Source: Marsupella aquatica (Eukaryota > Plantae > Marchantiophyta). Taken from it: DNA of 64,000 nucleotides. This document shows positions 47,701 to 58,818 of this stretch, one piece after another. The notes beneath the pieces were generated by a model. That model had not been told where the DNA came from, did not search any database, and saw only the letters and a list, made by a program, of their open reading frames with translations. Position numbers and translations under genes: made by a program. The DNA is taken from the NCBI GenBank assembly GCA_973895155.1, contig OZ316895.1, forward strand, positions 6,994,184 to 7,058,183, given 5' to 3'. Every line of letters begins with the position of its first letter. The first letter of the stretch is position 1.

Positions 47701-49939
47701 CAGACTTAGTCATTTTTCTGACTTTTCACTCGCAGTTTTGTAGTTTTAAAATTTTGAGAGGTATGAAGAGGCATGTCTCTTCGACCTTGTGACCTCTCAC
47801 TCAGTAGATTTTTACTATAAGACCCCTCCACCACTAGTGTAGATTATGGTAAAGTCTAGCAATTTTTGCCTTTCCTTGGTTATCTGCCAGTTGATCATGA
47901 ATGTTAAGAGTTCGAGATCAAGCTTGACACCAGGAGAAGACTTTCCTCCTTGTGGTTTAATCCTTTGAATAAATCATGGGAAGTAAAATTCCAATTGTGT
48001 AAATCTTATGAGATATGATGACAGATTCCTCTTTGGTGACTCATTACAATCTCCTGAGTTCTTGAAGTTAACTCACTGAGTTTAAGTCTTATTTGAAATT
48101 GATGGATTTTCTTTCATGTTGCTTAGTACCATCTAAATGTTGAAGTAGCTACCTTTTAGATCTTATCTAAGTACCACTTAGAAAGAAAGGATAAGACATG
48201 TTGACGGCATTTTAAAAGGTACTCTAGTAAGCAATTTAGATCTGAAAAGCAATATGGATTTGTATCCTTAAGTTTTTTCATTTTGACTTATGTCTAAGGA
48301 GTAACCTTGGAAAATTCCAGACTCCCTTAGCATACTTTGAGATATTTTTCCTTGTGTTTTGTTAATCATTTCCTTTTCATTAATTTATGGTTACCCAATG
48401 CTGAGTTACCATTAAAAACTACTCACCGCTGTGGAGTGATCTTCAAAATACCTTATTAAAGTAATCAATTCTGATTACTGTGTGTTAAAGAGAGTCCTTA
48501 AACTCTCATTTGTGTTTTTATGTATCAAATCAACCCCATCTTGTTCTTTACGGGAACGAATACCGAGTTTGAAGACCTTTAAGTGTGTTTTTGGTTCTTC
48601 ATAGCAAACTACAGTACCCATCAAAACTCTGATGATTACTCCCTAGGAAGCCAACATGTGTACCCACCGATACTCCAATGAACACTCCCTAGGAAACCAA
48701 CATGTTTACTGAATGACATATCTCACAGCACAACTCGGTACTAGAGAATATGGACGATGAGTAATAGTGTTGTGAGAGACGGATAACAAAATCCAATGCA
48801 GGATTCCAAGTGAAGTCGAAGGGACGTCTCCATACAATTACTTAGTTAGCCTTTAAGTGGGAGGAGAATAGTAATATGCGGTCACAAGATGAGAGTTTGA
48901 GGTGTGATCAGGAAGTGTCATATAGTAGCCGATGATGAGAGTCTGGAAACCCTGAGTCAGGGCATCTACTATGGCTGCACCCGGCATGCAACAAATCCCT
49001 GAGAGATATTCAAAGAACAAGGGGACTGGCAAAGCCATGTTTGGGAAGCATGGTCCCAAAAGTTGAAGAACTCCGGCCACACAACCCATTGTACGTTGTA
49101 TGAGAACCAATTGATCCCCATCAGAAGAATGACCAGCTTGTGGAGAATGGAGAGGCAAGAAGGCCATGAGCAGAACCAAGAATAGCAATCCATCCATGCA
49201 TGCATCTAGTAACATCCCCACCTGACAAAAGAAGTCAATCCTTGTAGCATCACCAATAGAACACTATACTATGGTAATATTGAGATAATTCTAAGCTATA
49301 TGAGAGTACATAGATATAGCAACGAAACTCTTCAACACTAAAACTAGTATCTATATATAGGTCTGGAGGGGCCCATGGATAACTAATCTATACAGTATGC
49401 TAAGTGAAGAGCCAATTATAAGTTGTATGATGGTAAAATATTGATCAAGATACTGTAGCTAAAGAGGAAGAAGAATCAGAATGAGGGTATACAATAGACT
49501 ATTATTTAGACCGGAGAGGACAATTGATAAAAGATAAGAACCCAATATATGAGGCCCTGACAGTCCAACATCCAACATGTATAAAATGATAAGAAGAGAA
49601 TATTGGAGACCGGGACCACTTGGAACTCCACCGAACACAATAAGCCATGAGAGCCATCTCCAAAGAATATAACATCACCAAGCAGCTGCATCTTGGGCCA
49701 GAGCCCAAACCAATATATATGTAGCCACCACCACCAGCCAACAAAGCTGCCAACATCAGCAACAACTCCCAGTGAGATCCGAGCCGAGGAACAAGGAGCA
49801 GCCAGACAACAGAGCACAGGGGGATGGCACAAACTACAGAGCATGGGAATACTTGGGGGGAGAGAAAGGAGAAGAATGGACATCCAAGCAACAGATGTGG
49901 CCCATGGCTGAACGGAGATTGTCACTAGGAGAATATGCT

Positions 49940-50477
49940 ATATACTAGGAGAGATTCCAGAAATACTGGGTGGAAACGAGGAGAGGAAATAAAATATGCA
50001 TGACACCAGTGAAAAAGAGATTTGCATGAAAAAGAGTGGCCCATTCAGAATGCAGGTCATTAATGATTCGAACAGCCCAACGAGCCAACAGGGCTGATGG
50101 TTGAGGGTGAACATCCTTAAATCCAAGCCCTCCATCTTGTTTCCTGCCACACAACCATTCCCAGGATACCAGGGGAGTTTTCCTTTCTTTGTCCTTATTG
50201 AACCCCCCCAAATGAAGTCTTAACACATCTTTTGAATCATATCACTAAGAGTGCATGAAAAGTTAGTGTACATCATGTGGTAAACCGTCATAGAGAGCAA
50301 TACCTGCTTTACCAAAAGAACACGTCCAGTGAAAGAGAAACTTTTGTTAGACCAATTAGCAAGCTGGTGATGCAATTTCTTCATACAAAAATCCTGGAAT
50401 TGTACTCTGGACAAATCCTGACCAAATGGGGCACCCAGATAGTTGGATACATGCCCTGGGTATGATCCCTTGTACAC
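49940..50477 (-). pseudogene. LINE (L1-type) ORF2 fragment, C-terminal to the RT core
   Basis: YLGAPF...KKLHHQLANWSNKSFSFTGRVLLVKQVLLSMTVYHM and LVSWEWLCGRKQDGGLGFKD..ALLARWAVR; frameshifted. More degenerate sequence may extend toward ~48.9 kb. Confidence 0.8.
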
Positions 50478-51107
50478 TTAGGCCACTTGTGGCTTCTTTT
50501 GCCTTCTGGCCTGCTGGGTCCCCTCTTCCGTGAGGTCACGCAGAATAAATGCTAATTTAAAAATAATAATTAAAACAATATATTGGGTAGTTTGGGGGAC
50601 AAGGTAATAAAAAGCTAATATTGGGTAGTTTGGGGGAAAACTTAGTAAACAGCTGTATTTGAAAATGGCCCCATGAAGGATGGTAGAAAATTTCATTGTA
50701 GAAAACGGCCCAGAACTTTACAACATGCCCATATCCGATTGTGACCACATAGGTTTGGTGACGGACCTGGTTTTTTGTACAGTTCTACTTATTAATTTCC
50801 CTTCTCTCGTCCGCTCACTATCTTTCACAAGTGGATTTCTGCTGGACACGTGACCTCCTCTCATCAGTACTCTCCTCTACAGCCTCCAATCTCGAGTTGA
50901 ATTTCTGTTTTCTCTTCGAATCTCTTCCAATGTAGATCAGGACACGAAGGAGCACCATGACTGCTGCCGTTGTGTGCGAACAAGCAGACCGTCGCACTCG
51001 ATAAACCCACTCGAAGAAAATATGCAGAGCCGAATCCTCCCCCTCCTGTATTTCTTCTTCCTGTTCCGAATTCTGACTGATCAGCCTCAATACCGGTTTT
51101 CAGTGCA

Positions 51108-51172
51108 ATCGAGTTGAGCTCAGTTGAGTTGGGTTCCATTGGAGTGGAGTGGAGTGGAGTGAAGTGGAGTGG
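51108..51172 (+). repeat. Short GAGTT/GAGTG pentamer microsatellite
   Basis: gagttgagctcagttgagttgg and ggagtggagtggagtggagtgaagtggagtgg. Confidence 0.7.
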
Positions 51173-51193
51173 AATTTGATTCAACATAAGAGA

Positions 51194-51400
51194 ATGGGCT
51201 CGTCGAAGTCAACAGTGGCAGCGTCCAGCGAGTATGAGGCACAAATGGGATTGCGAGCTCTGCACACAACTGTACTCCCAGACTGGCTGATTTGGCTTGG
51301 CACCGGGCATCTGCTCGCGTCTCGCCTGAAGGAGCTCACGCAGCCCACTGGAGAGAAGCAGCAGCTCCAACAGCTCCTGCAATTCGCTCAATGTCTGTGA
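51194..51400 (+). pseudogene. Orphan first exon of a coclaurine-N-methyltransferase-like / cyclopropane-synthase-family SAM methyltransferase
   Basis: YEA..GLRALHTTVLPDWLIWLGTGHLLASRLKELTQPTGEKQQLQQLLQFAQ resembles the recalled N-terminus of the At4g33110-type family (LLPD.VIR..TR.LLA.RL....PT.E.QL..LL.F). Possible donor at 51393; no downstream exons found. Confidence 0.55.
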
Positions 51401-54326
51401 GCAACCAGTACATGTGAATATGTGTTTGTGCAGGCTTCCAAAATGTGCTTTCAATGAACAAACTGAAGAGTTATTTTTTAATGCATGCTGCTCTTGGTAG
51501 CATCCATAGGTAGGTGATGTGGTCGAGAAAATCTTTAAGAATACAGCTCAGGCATATATTCTTTGTCGAAATTGATAGTTATTGTGAACTCCTTCCTCCA
51601 CTTGTGTTCCCCTGTCCTCTCCTGTTCCCTTTAATTCAGTCCTTTCCGTTCAACATTAATGTTTCATCTCCCCATCCTGCTTCACGTCCTGCTCAATTCT
51701 TGGATGATGTCTCCTGCTGCCTGCAATTATCCGCATTTGCCTTGTTTCGTCAGACATGCTAAACTTTAAAGGATATCACCGTTTAGGAGATTCTCTTGTT
51801 TCCCATCACAATCTAGATCAATTTTGTGCCCACTTGCATAAACTCCTTGTTCTGGATGATTGAATTCTCGAGCTTTCTGCCGAATTTGCTACTTATACGG
51901 TCTGCCGATCACTTGTACACAAGTTCTTCTTGAAGAACTGTCGTCACGTTTTCGTGTGGTATGCAGGACAATTTGGTTCGAAAGGGTTCTTTCGTGGAGT
52001 GCGATAAACAAGGACCCAGCTGTGTGTGGCTGCCTGCTTACGAATCAGTGATCTCTGTGAGGTTTGCTCTACCACTTTTACACGGTCTCTATACTCTATG
52101 TTCTTCTACGTTTGAACCCTAAATTGCTGGGCAACAATACTTCTCAACTCTTACACTTCAATAAAAAATAGTCATAGGAACAAAGAGATCGACAGACAGG
52201 GTTCCTTTGCCCCATAGCTTCGCAACTCCACTGCATAAAACGATGACGTGCTCTCCAACAACTCGTAGGAGCCAGCTTAATGGGAGTGGGAGCATCGTAC
52301 TGCCACGTTTTGAGGGCATGTACAAAGCCCGTCACTCGAAGTAAATGTACATTGCTCGAAACGATCATTCTGAGAAATGATCAAAAAATAAAATAATCCA
52401 AAGGACAATGACTATCACTCAGAGTGCCGATGAACCCCTGCTTTGCAATCCTAAAGAAGGAGAGATGGAAACAGAGGTGGGACTACTACAACAGAACTGA
52501 AGATGGTGTGGGAGAGTGCAAAGGATTGGTAGCCTCCGTAGAGACTGAGGGAGACCGCAATGCCAAGCTACCTTCCCTCGAACTTACACTCCCTTCCCGA
52601 GACCGAACAGCGCTACGGACCATACGGGGGTGCCCAAGGAAGCGGGACAGAATGTCCTTTTCAGCCTGGGATACTTTTTCGTCTCCTCATCCTGGTTCAA
52701 GTCCTGCTCAATTCTTGGATAATGTGTCTTGATACTACTATGCTTCTAAGGGTACCTCCGACTGTTCCGTTGAGCTGAGATTCCTCTGCTCGGGTAAGAT
52801 TTCCTCACAGAGTCTTCCCCTAGAGAATTTTCTTTCCTTAGCTCACGAGGAAGGAATGACGAGACTTGAAATTTGAGGGCTCTGCAACATTTTACTTTGT
52901 GGACTGATTGAACGTTTGTGAACAGGTAAGATTATATTTCTCACATCTGTATAATTAAGCTCTTTATTCCCGAAACGAGAGCAGAGCTTACTCGATGGAA
53001 ATTTTGGATATGGGCCGTTTTAGGCAACATTCCACAGCCAGGTATGCCTCTTTAATGCCTCTTTAATTTGACTTTCCGTGCTAGCGCAGACGAGCCTTGG
53101 TCCCAATTCCGTTTATATTCTGCCGATTTTTCGGAAACTAACATTTCGCGTTCGATTAAGTTTGTATGCATGTCACTTTGTTGGATTGTGGTGCAACCAA
53201 ACTACCTTGAATACATTCTGAACGAAGACGTTTCATTTGCAGGGTTCATCCTTCGTCTTCCGGTTGGATTGGTATTGGCACCAGCCAGTGTCATTGTACA
53301 AGGCCTTCAGGTAATAAGACTGCCGAGCGATTTCAACGTTGTGATTACCTACTTTTAAACAAAAACCCCGCGTTTCAGCACTGCGGTGTGACATTTAGGG
53401 TTACATGAGTTTCCTGCTATGAGACTTATGTGACGAAGACTTGAATTTCCAGTTTGATTCTTTTTTCATCTGGAAGGAAGTATAGGGAGGGGGGCCACTA
53501 TCACATTGATGTCGTATGTGTCCTGGCTCAATGGATTCCGTAGAGCCAATTTAAAGAACGTTGCATAGGCGTTATTCTGAATTGTAGGAGAGGGAAGGGG
53601 AGGGATTTCACATTCATGTCATCTGTTTCTAATGCCAATGAATTCTATAGAGCCAGTGTCAGGTATGCTGGATAGGCTTTTGTTCTGAGTTGTGGTCTCT
53701 TTTCAATAACCTGAGATCGTTGCAGCAAGGTTATAATTAGACAGGGTAGGCAACTTACAAATGAACGCCTGTCAAGGTGCCCTAATCGTCTATACTATAA
53801 ACAAACCAATGATAACATTCGACTGATTGTGAAGTTATTAGTGTCAATTTGATAGGCTCTTGACTCTCTCATTTCTATGCTTACTGTGAGATACCGGAGT
53901 ATGAACGAGCTTATTGATACTTGAGCTACCTGGATATGCCTTCCACAACTATTTTTCAGATTCTACTCTAAGATCATTGCATACTTGACAGGTAGCCATT
54001 ACTCTCAACTGACAAGGAGTCATACAACTTTTGCAAGTTATCTGTACCAAAGATCACAGCAGAGCAAGGGACACAAGAAAATACATCTTTGGACGGAGGT
54101 AGGCTTGCATCCTACCCGTAGGACTCAAGAAACCTACCGGCCTGCTATCGATTTCTGAACATTTCGTTTTGGAAATATCGTTGCAGTCCTTAGGAAATAA
54201 AAGCAACTTCAGTGCACCTCGTCGAACCTCCTGGATTTTATCCTGGTATCAGTCAGGCTTTCTAGATCTGATCGCGAGTTGTGGTGCTGACAGGGGAAGA
54301 CTAGAGCACCTGAGTTTAATCATAAG

Positions 54327-57300
54327 ATGACAAGGAAAGCACTTTGGGTGGATGGGTGGTCAACTCCAGCGTGCGTTAAGTCAAGGGCAAATTTGAATAC
54401 TCAGTGCAAATTGCACTCGCGTGCTAGTTATGGCACAAGAGATTGGTCTCAAGTCACTGCAAAAGGGAATAGCAGTAGGCGCATGCATGATGCTGACACC
54501 ACAAGTGAAGCGATTGCTGCTTTGAAGGATCGTCTCCGACGAGGCATTGCTATAGACTCGTCCACATATGTTAAAGCTCTGCAAATGTGCTCGAAACAGA
54601 AAGACCTTTTAGCGGCCACTTTGGTGCACGGCCACATCATCCAAAGTGGAATGGATAAGAATCCAAATGTGGCTGTAACCCTCCTGAATGTGTATATAAA
54701 ATGTGGGGCATTGTTGGATGCACGTCGAGTTTTTGATCAACTTCAGAAGAAGAGTGTCATTACTTGGAACGCGATGATAGGAGGGTATGCTAACAGTGAT
54801 CATGCTCAATCTGTACCAGAACTTTTCAATCAAATGCGTCAAGAAGGCGTGCAGCCTAATGAGATCACATATCTGAGCATACTCAAGGCATGTGCCAGCC
54901 CTGTAGCTCTAAAATGGGGAAAGGAAGTTCATGTGTATATTCGACAGGCTGGATTTGAATCAGACCTGCGTGTAGGGTCTGCCGTCTTACAGATGTATGC
55001 AAAATGTGGGTGCATCACCGAGGCAACGAAAGTTTTTGAAAAATTGACCAATCGAAATGTCATTACATGGAATGTTATGATTCGAGCATATGCAGAACGT
55101 GGTCGTGGTGTCGAAGCATATAAACTGTTTCTCCAAATGAGACGTGAAGGCTTCGAGCCCGATGCAATCACTTATGTGAGCATCCTGAATGCATCTGCAA
55201 GTGCCGGAGCTTTGGAGTGGGTGAAGGACGTTCATGTCTATGCTAGCAAAGCGGGACTTGAGTCAGATTTGCGTGTGGGCAGTGCCCTGGTTCACATGTA
55301 TGGAAAGAGTGGCAGTATCGAAGACGCCCGACTTGTTTTTGACAGAATGGAGAAACGCGATCTAGTCACATGGAATGTAATGATCGGTGGTCTTGCACAG
55401 CATGGATTTGGGCACAAAGCATATCGACTGTTTCTTCAAATGAGACGTGAAGGCCTGGAACCCGACGCATTCACTTATGCTAGTATTCTCAATGCATCTG
55501 CAAGTGAGGGAGCTTTGGAATGGGTGAAGGAAGTTCATGCCCATGCTAGCAAAGCGGGACTAGAGTCAGATTTGCGTGTGGGCAATGCGCTGGTTCACAT
55601 GTATGCAAAGAGTGGCAGTATAGATGACGCCCGACTTGTTTTTGACAGAATGGAAAAACGCAGCGTTGTCACATGGACTGTGATGATCGGTGGACTTGCA
55701 CAATATGGATTTGGCCATGAAGCTTACCGACTATTTCTCCAAATGAGGCGTGAAGGCTTGGAACCAAATGCAATCACTTACGCTAGTATTCTCAATGCAT
55801 CGGCAAGTGAGGGGGCTTTAGAATGGGTGAAGGACGTCCATAAGCATGCTAGCAGAGCAAGACTGGAGTCAGATTTGCGTGTGGGCAGTGCGCTGATTCA
55901 CATGTATGCAAAGAGCGCCAGCATAGATGACGCACGACTTGTTTTTGACAGAATGGAGAAACGCAATGTAGTCACATGGAATGTAATGATTGCTGGACTT
56001 GCACAACATGGATTTGGGCATGAAGCATATCGACTGTTTCTCCAAATGAGGCGTGACGGCTTCGAACCCAATGCAATCACTTATGTAGGCATCCTGAATG
56101 CATCTGCAAGTGCCGGGGCTTTGGAGTGGGTGAAGGACGTTCATGTTTATGCTAGGGAAGCGGGACTGGAGTCAGATTTGCGTGTGGGCAATTCACTGGT
56201 TCACATGTATGCAGAGAGTGGCAGTATAGATGACGCGCGACTTGTTTTTGACAGAATGGAGAAACGCGATGTAGTCACATGGAATGTCATGATCGGTGGA
56301 CTTGCACAACAAGGATTTGGGCATGAAGCATATCGACTGTTTCTCCAAATGAGACGTGAAGGCTTGGAACCAGATGCAATCACTTACGCTAGTGTTCTCA
56401 ATGCATCTGCAAGTGAGGGGGCTTTGGAATGGGTGAGGGGAATTCATGGCTATGCTAGCAAAGCGGGACTGTTGTCAGATTTGCGTGTGGGCAATGCGCT
56501 GGTTCACATGTATGCAAAGAGTGGCAGTATAGATGACGCCCGACTTGTTTTTGACAGAATGGGGAAACGCGATATAGTCACGTGGAATGTATTGATCGGT
56601 GGACTTGCACAACATGGATTTGGGCATGAAGCATATCGACTGTTGCTCCAAATGAGTCGTGAAGGCTTGAAACCAGATGCATTCACTTATACTAGTATTC
56701 TCAATGCATCTGCAAGTGAGGGGGCTTTGGAATGGGTGAGGGAAGTTCATGGCCTTGCTAGGAAAGCGGGACTGGAGTCAGATTTGCATGTGGGCAATGC
56801 ACTGGTGCACATGTATGCAAAGAGTGGCAGTATCGATGACGCCCGATTTGTTTTTGACAGAATGCAGAAACGCGATGTAGTCACATGGAATGTATTGATC
56901 GGTGGACTTGCACAACATGGATTTGGGCATGAAGCATATCGACTGTTTCTCCAAATGAGTCGTGAAGGCTTGAAACCAGATGCATTCACTTATACTAGTA
57001 TTCTCAACGCATCTGCAAGTGAGGGGGCTTTGGAATGGGTGAGGAAAGTTCATGACCATGCTAGCAAAGCGGGACTGCAGTCACATTTGCGTGTGGGCAA
57101 TTCACTAGTTCACATGTATGCAGAGAGTGGCAGTGTAGATGATGCCCGACTTGTCTTCGACAGAATGGAGAAACGCGATGTTGTCACATGGAATGTAATG
57201 ATTGGTGGACTTGCACAACATGGATGTGGGAATGAAGCCCTCGATCTCTTCAGGAAAATGACCACAGACGATGTGAAGCCCAACAGTTATTCATTCGTGG

Positions 57301-58103
57301 CAGTGTTGTCAGCCTGTTGTCACGGAGGCCTTGTTGATGAGGGCCGAAGTCTCTTTTCAGCTATGACGCAAGATTATGCTGTCGAGCCCCACATGGTCCA
57401 TTACAACTGCATGGTGGATCTTCTTGGTCGGGCTGGACATTTGGAGGAAGCAAAGCTCTTCATTAGTGACATGCCAGTTGAACCGAATGCAGTAACTTGG
57501 AAAGCCTTACTTGGGGCTTGTAGAACTTACGGGAATGTGGAGTTGGGCGAATTTGCTGCTAAAGAGCTTCTGAAGTTGGAACCCAATGATGCCTCTACAT
57601 ATGTGCTCCTCTCCAACATCTATGCGGCAGCTGGTAAGTGGGAGAAGAAGTCTTTGGTGCGAACCTTGATGCAAAAGGGAGGTGTTCGAAAGGAGCCAGG
57701 ATGTAGCTGGATTGAAGTTGACAAGAAGATCCATACATTTGTTGTAGGGGATAGATCTCACCCAGAAGCAAAGGCCATATACTCTGAGCTTTATAAATTG
57801 ACTGAAAAACTGAAGGCTCAAGGCTACATTCCGGATACCCGACTTGTGTTGCATGATATCCATGATGAGGATAAGGAATTAGCTCTTTGCTCTCATAGTG
57901 AGAAGTTGGCTATTGCTTACGGACTTATGCACATACCTGCGGGAAAAACAATTCGTGTATGGAAGAACCTTCGGGTGTGTTCAGATTGCCATACCGCAAC
58001 CAAGTTTATTTCTAAGGTAACTGGACGCGAGATTGTAGCTAGGGATGCCAATCGCTTTCACCATTTTAAAGATGGCATATGTTCTTGTGGCGATTACTGG
58101 TGA
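54327..58103 (+). CDS. PLS-class PPR protein with E1/E2/DYW deaminase domain (organellar C-to-U RNA-editing factor)
   Basis: Intronless, 1258 aa: L-S-(PLS)x8-P2L2S2-E1-E2-DYW; PGCSWIE, SHPE, HSEKLA, CSDCH, ends CSCGDYW; N-terminal extension could be a transit peptide. Confidence 0.96.
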   Translation: MTRKALWVDGWSTPACVKSRANLNTQCKLHSRASYGTRDWSQVTAKGNSSRRMHDADTTSEAIAALKDRLRRGIAIDSSTYVKALQMCSKQKDLLAATLVHGHIIQSGMDKNPNVAVTLLNVYIKCGALLDARRVFDQLQKKSVITWNAMIGGYANSDHAQSVPELFNQMRQEGVQPNEITYLSILKACASPVALKWGKEVHVYIRQAGFESDLRVGSAVLQMYAKCGCITEATKVFEKLTNRNVITWNVMIRAYAERGRGVEAYKLFLQMRREGFEPDAITYVSILNASASAGALEWVKDVHVYASKAGLESDLRVGSALVHMYGKSGSIEDARLVFDRMEKRDLVTWNVMIGGLAQHGFGHKAYRLFLQMRREGLEPDAFTYASILNASASEGALEWVKEVHAHASKAGLESDLRVGNALVHMYAKSGSIDDARLVFDRMEKRSVVTWTVMIGGLAQYGFGHEAYRLFLQMRREGLEPNAITYASILNASASEGALEWVKDVHKHASRARLESDLRVGSALIHMYAKSASIDDARLVFDRMEKRNVVTWNVMIAGLAQHGFGHEAYRLFLQMRRDGFEPNAITYVGILNASASAGALEWVKDVHVYAREAGLESDLRVGNSLVHMYAESGSIDDARLVFDRMEKRDVVTWNVMIGGLAQQGFGHEAYRLFLQMRREGLEPDAITYASVLNASASEGALEWVRGIHGYASKAGLLSDLRVGNALVHMYAKSGSIDDARLVFDRMGKRDIVTWNVLIGGLAQHGFGHEAYRLLLQMSREGLKPDAFTYTSILNASASEGALEWVREVHGLARKAGLESDLHVGNALVHMYAKSGSIDDARFVFDRMQKRDVVTWNVLIGGLAQHGFGHEAYRLFLQMSREGLKPDAFTYTSILNASASEGALEWVRKVHDHASKAGLQSHLRVGNSLVHMYAESGSVDDARLVFDRMEKRDVVTWNVMIGGLAQHGCGNEALDLFRKMTTDDVKPNSYSFVAVLSACCHGGLVDEGRSLFSAMTQDYAVEPHMVHYNCMVDLLGRAGHLEEAKLFISDMPVEPNAVTWKALLGACRTYGNVELGEFAAKELLKLEPNDASTYVLLSNIYAAAGKWEKKSLVRTLMQKGGVRKEPGCSWIEVDKKIHTFVVGDRSHPEAKAIYSELYKLTEKLKAQGYIPDTRLVLHDIHDEDKELALCSHSEKLAIAYGLMHIPAGKTIRVWKNLRVCSDCHTATKFISKVTGREIVARDANRFHHFKDGICSCGDYW

Positions 58104-58619
58104 CCAGATTAAAAGTGTTCAATAGTGACTGGACAGCAAGACTCACTCATGCCCATCTGTCTTTCTGTTCCAATCCTAAGCTTTGTGATTTCAACCCTAT
58201 GCGTGTTGTGTTTGCTGGAAGATGGTAGGTGGAACCAAGAAGACTTTCAGAGCCTTCTAAGTCAGAAGCTCGGCAAGAATCTATATCCTTCCAAATCTTT
58301 GAACTCGGATGGAATCCCAAAATGCCCTTTGTATGAAAGTTGGTCACTCGAGTAATGGGACCCCACTGCACACTTACGGTATTCCAGGGTAGGGTAACCA
58401 TGGTAGAGTATTTTTGCACAAAACACATAGAAAATCAGGAGAGGAATAAGAGACAGTACCTGGGAGGGGAGAAGACAACTTGGTTCGGTCTTCGTGTGAC
58501 GAATAAGCTCTTTGCTGACCAAACCTGGTTTACCTTAAACCCATGTCATCCTCGTTAAAATGCACCATTTCCATAGATCATTTTAAGAATCATATCCCAG
58601 CAACACCATTGGGTTGGAG

Positions 58620-58815
58620 ATCCCATCCTAGCTTATGGGTCATTCTTTTTGAGTGAGTGATTTCTTGTAGTTTAAAAAAACGGTCATTTTTCAGTGAGTG
58701 ATGTCTTCTAATTTACAAAACTGTACATTTTTGTATGGGATGGAAATCCCATCCTAGCTTCGCTCTTTTACAGTGAGTGATCTCTTCTAATTTACAAAAT
58801 TGTACATTTTTGTAC
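58620..58815. repeat. Short local duplications between the convergent gene ends
   Basis: cagtgagtgat(g/c)tcttctaatttacaaaa(c/t)tgtacatttttgta twice; cccatcctagctt twice. Confidence 0.65.
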
Positions 58816-58818
58816 GTC

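Noticed and set aside
50540-50720. MITE or Mutator TIR (tattgggtagtttggggga twice)
   Set aside because: Direct repeat only; no partner inverted end or TSD found.
51660-53660. Small dispersed duplications (51660 vs 52680; 53480 vs 53590)
   Set aside because: Short, diverged local duplications in probable intron/UTR sequence with no further structure.
54381-57863. Repeated antisense ORFs across the PPR gene
   Set aside because: Shadow ORFs produced by the 303-bp tandem repeats.
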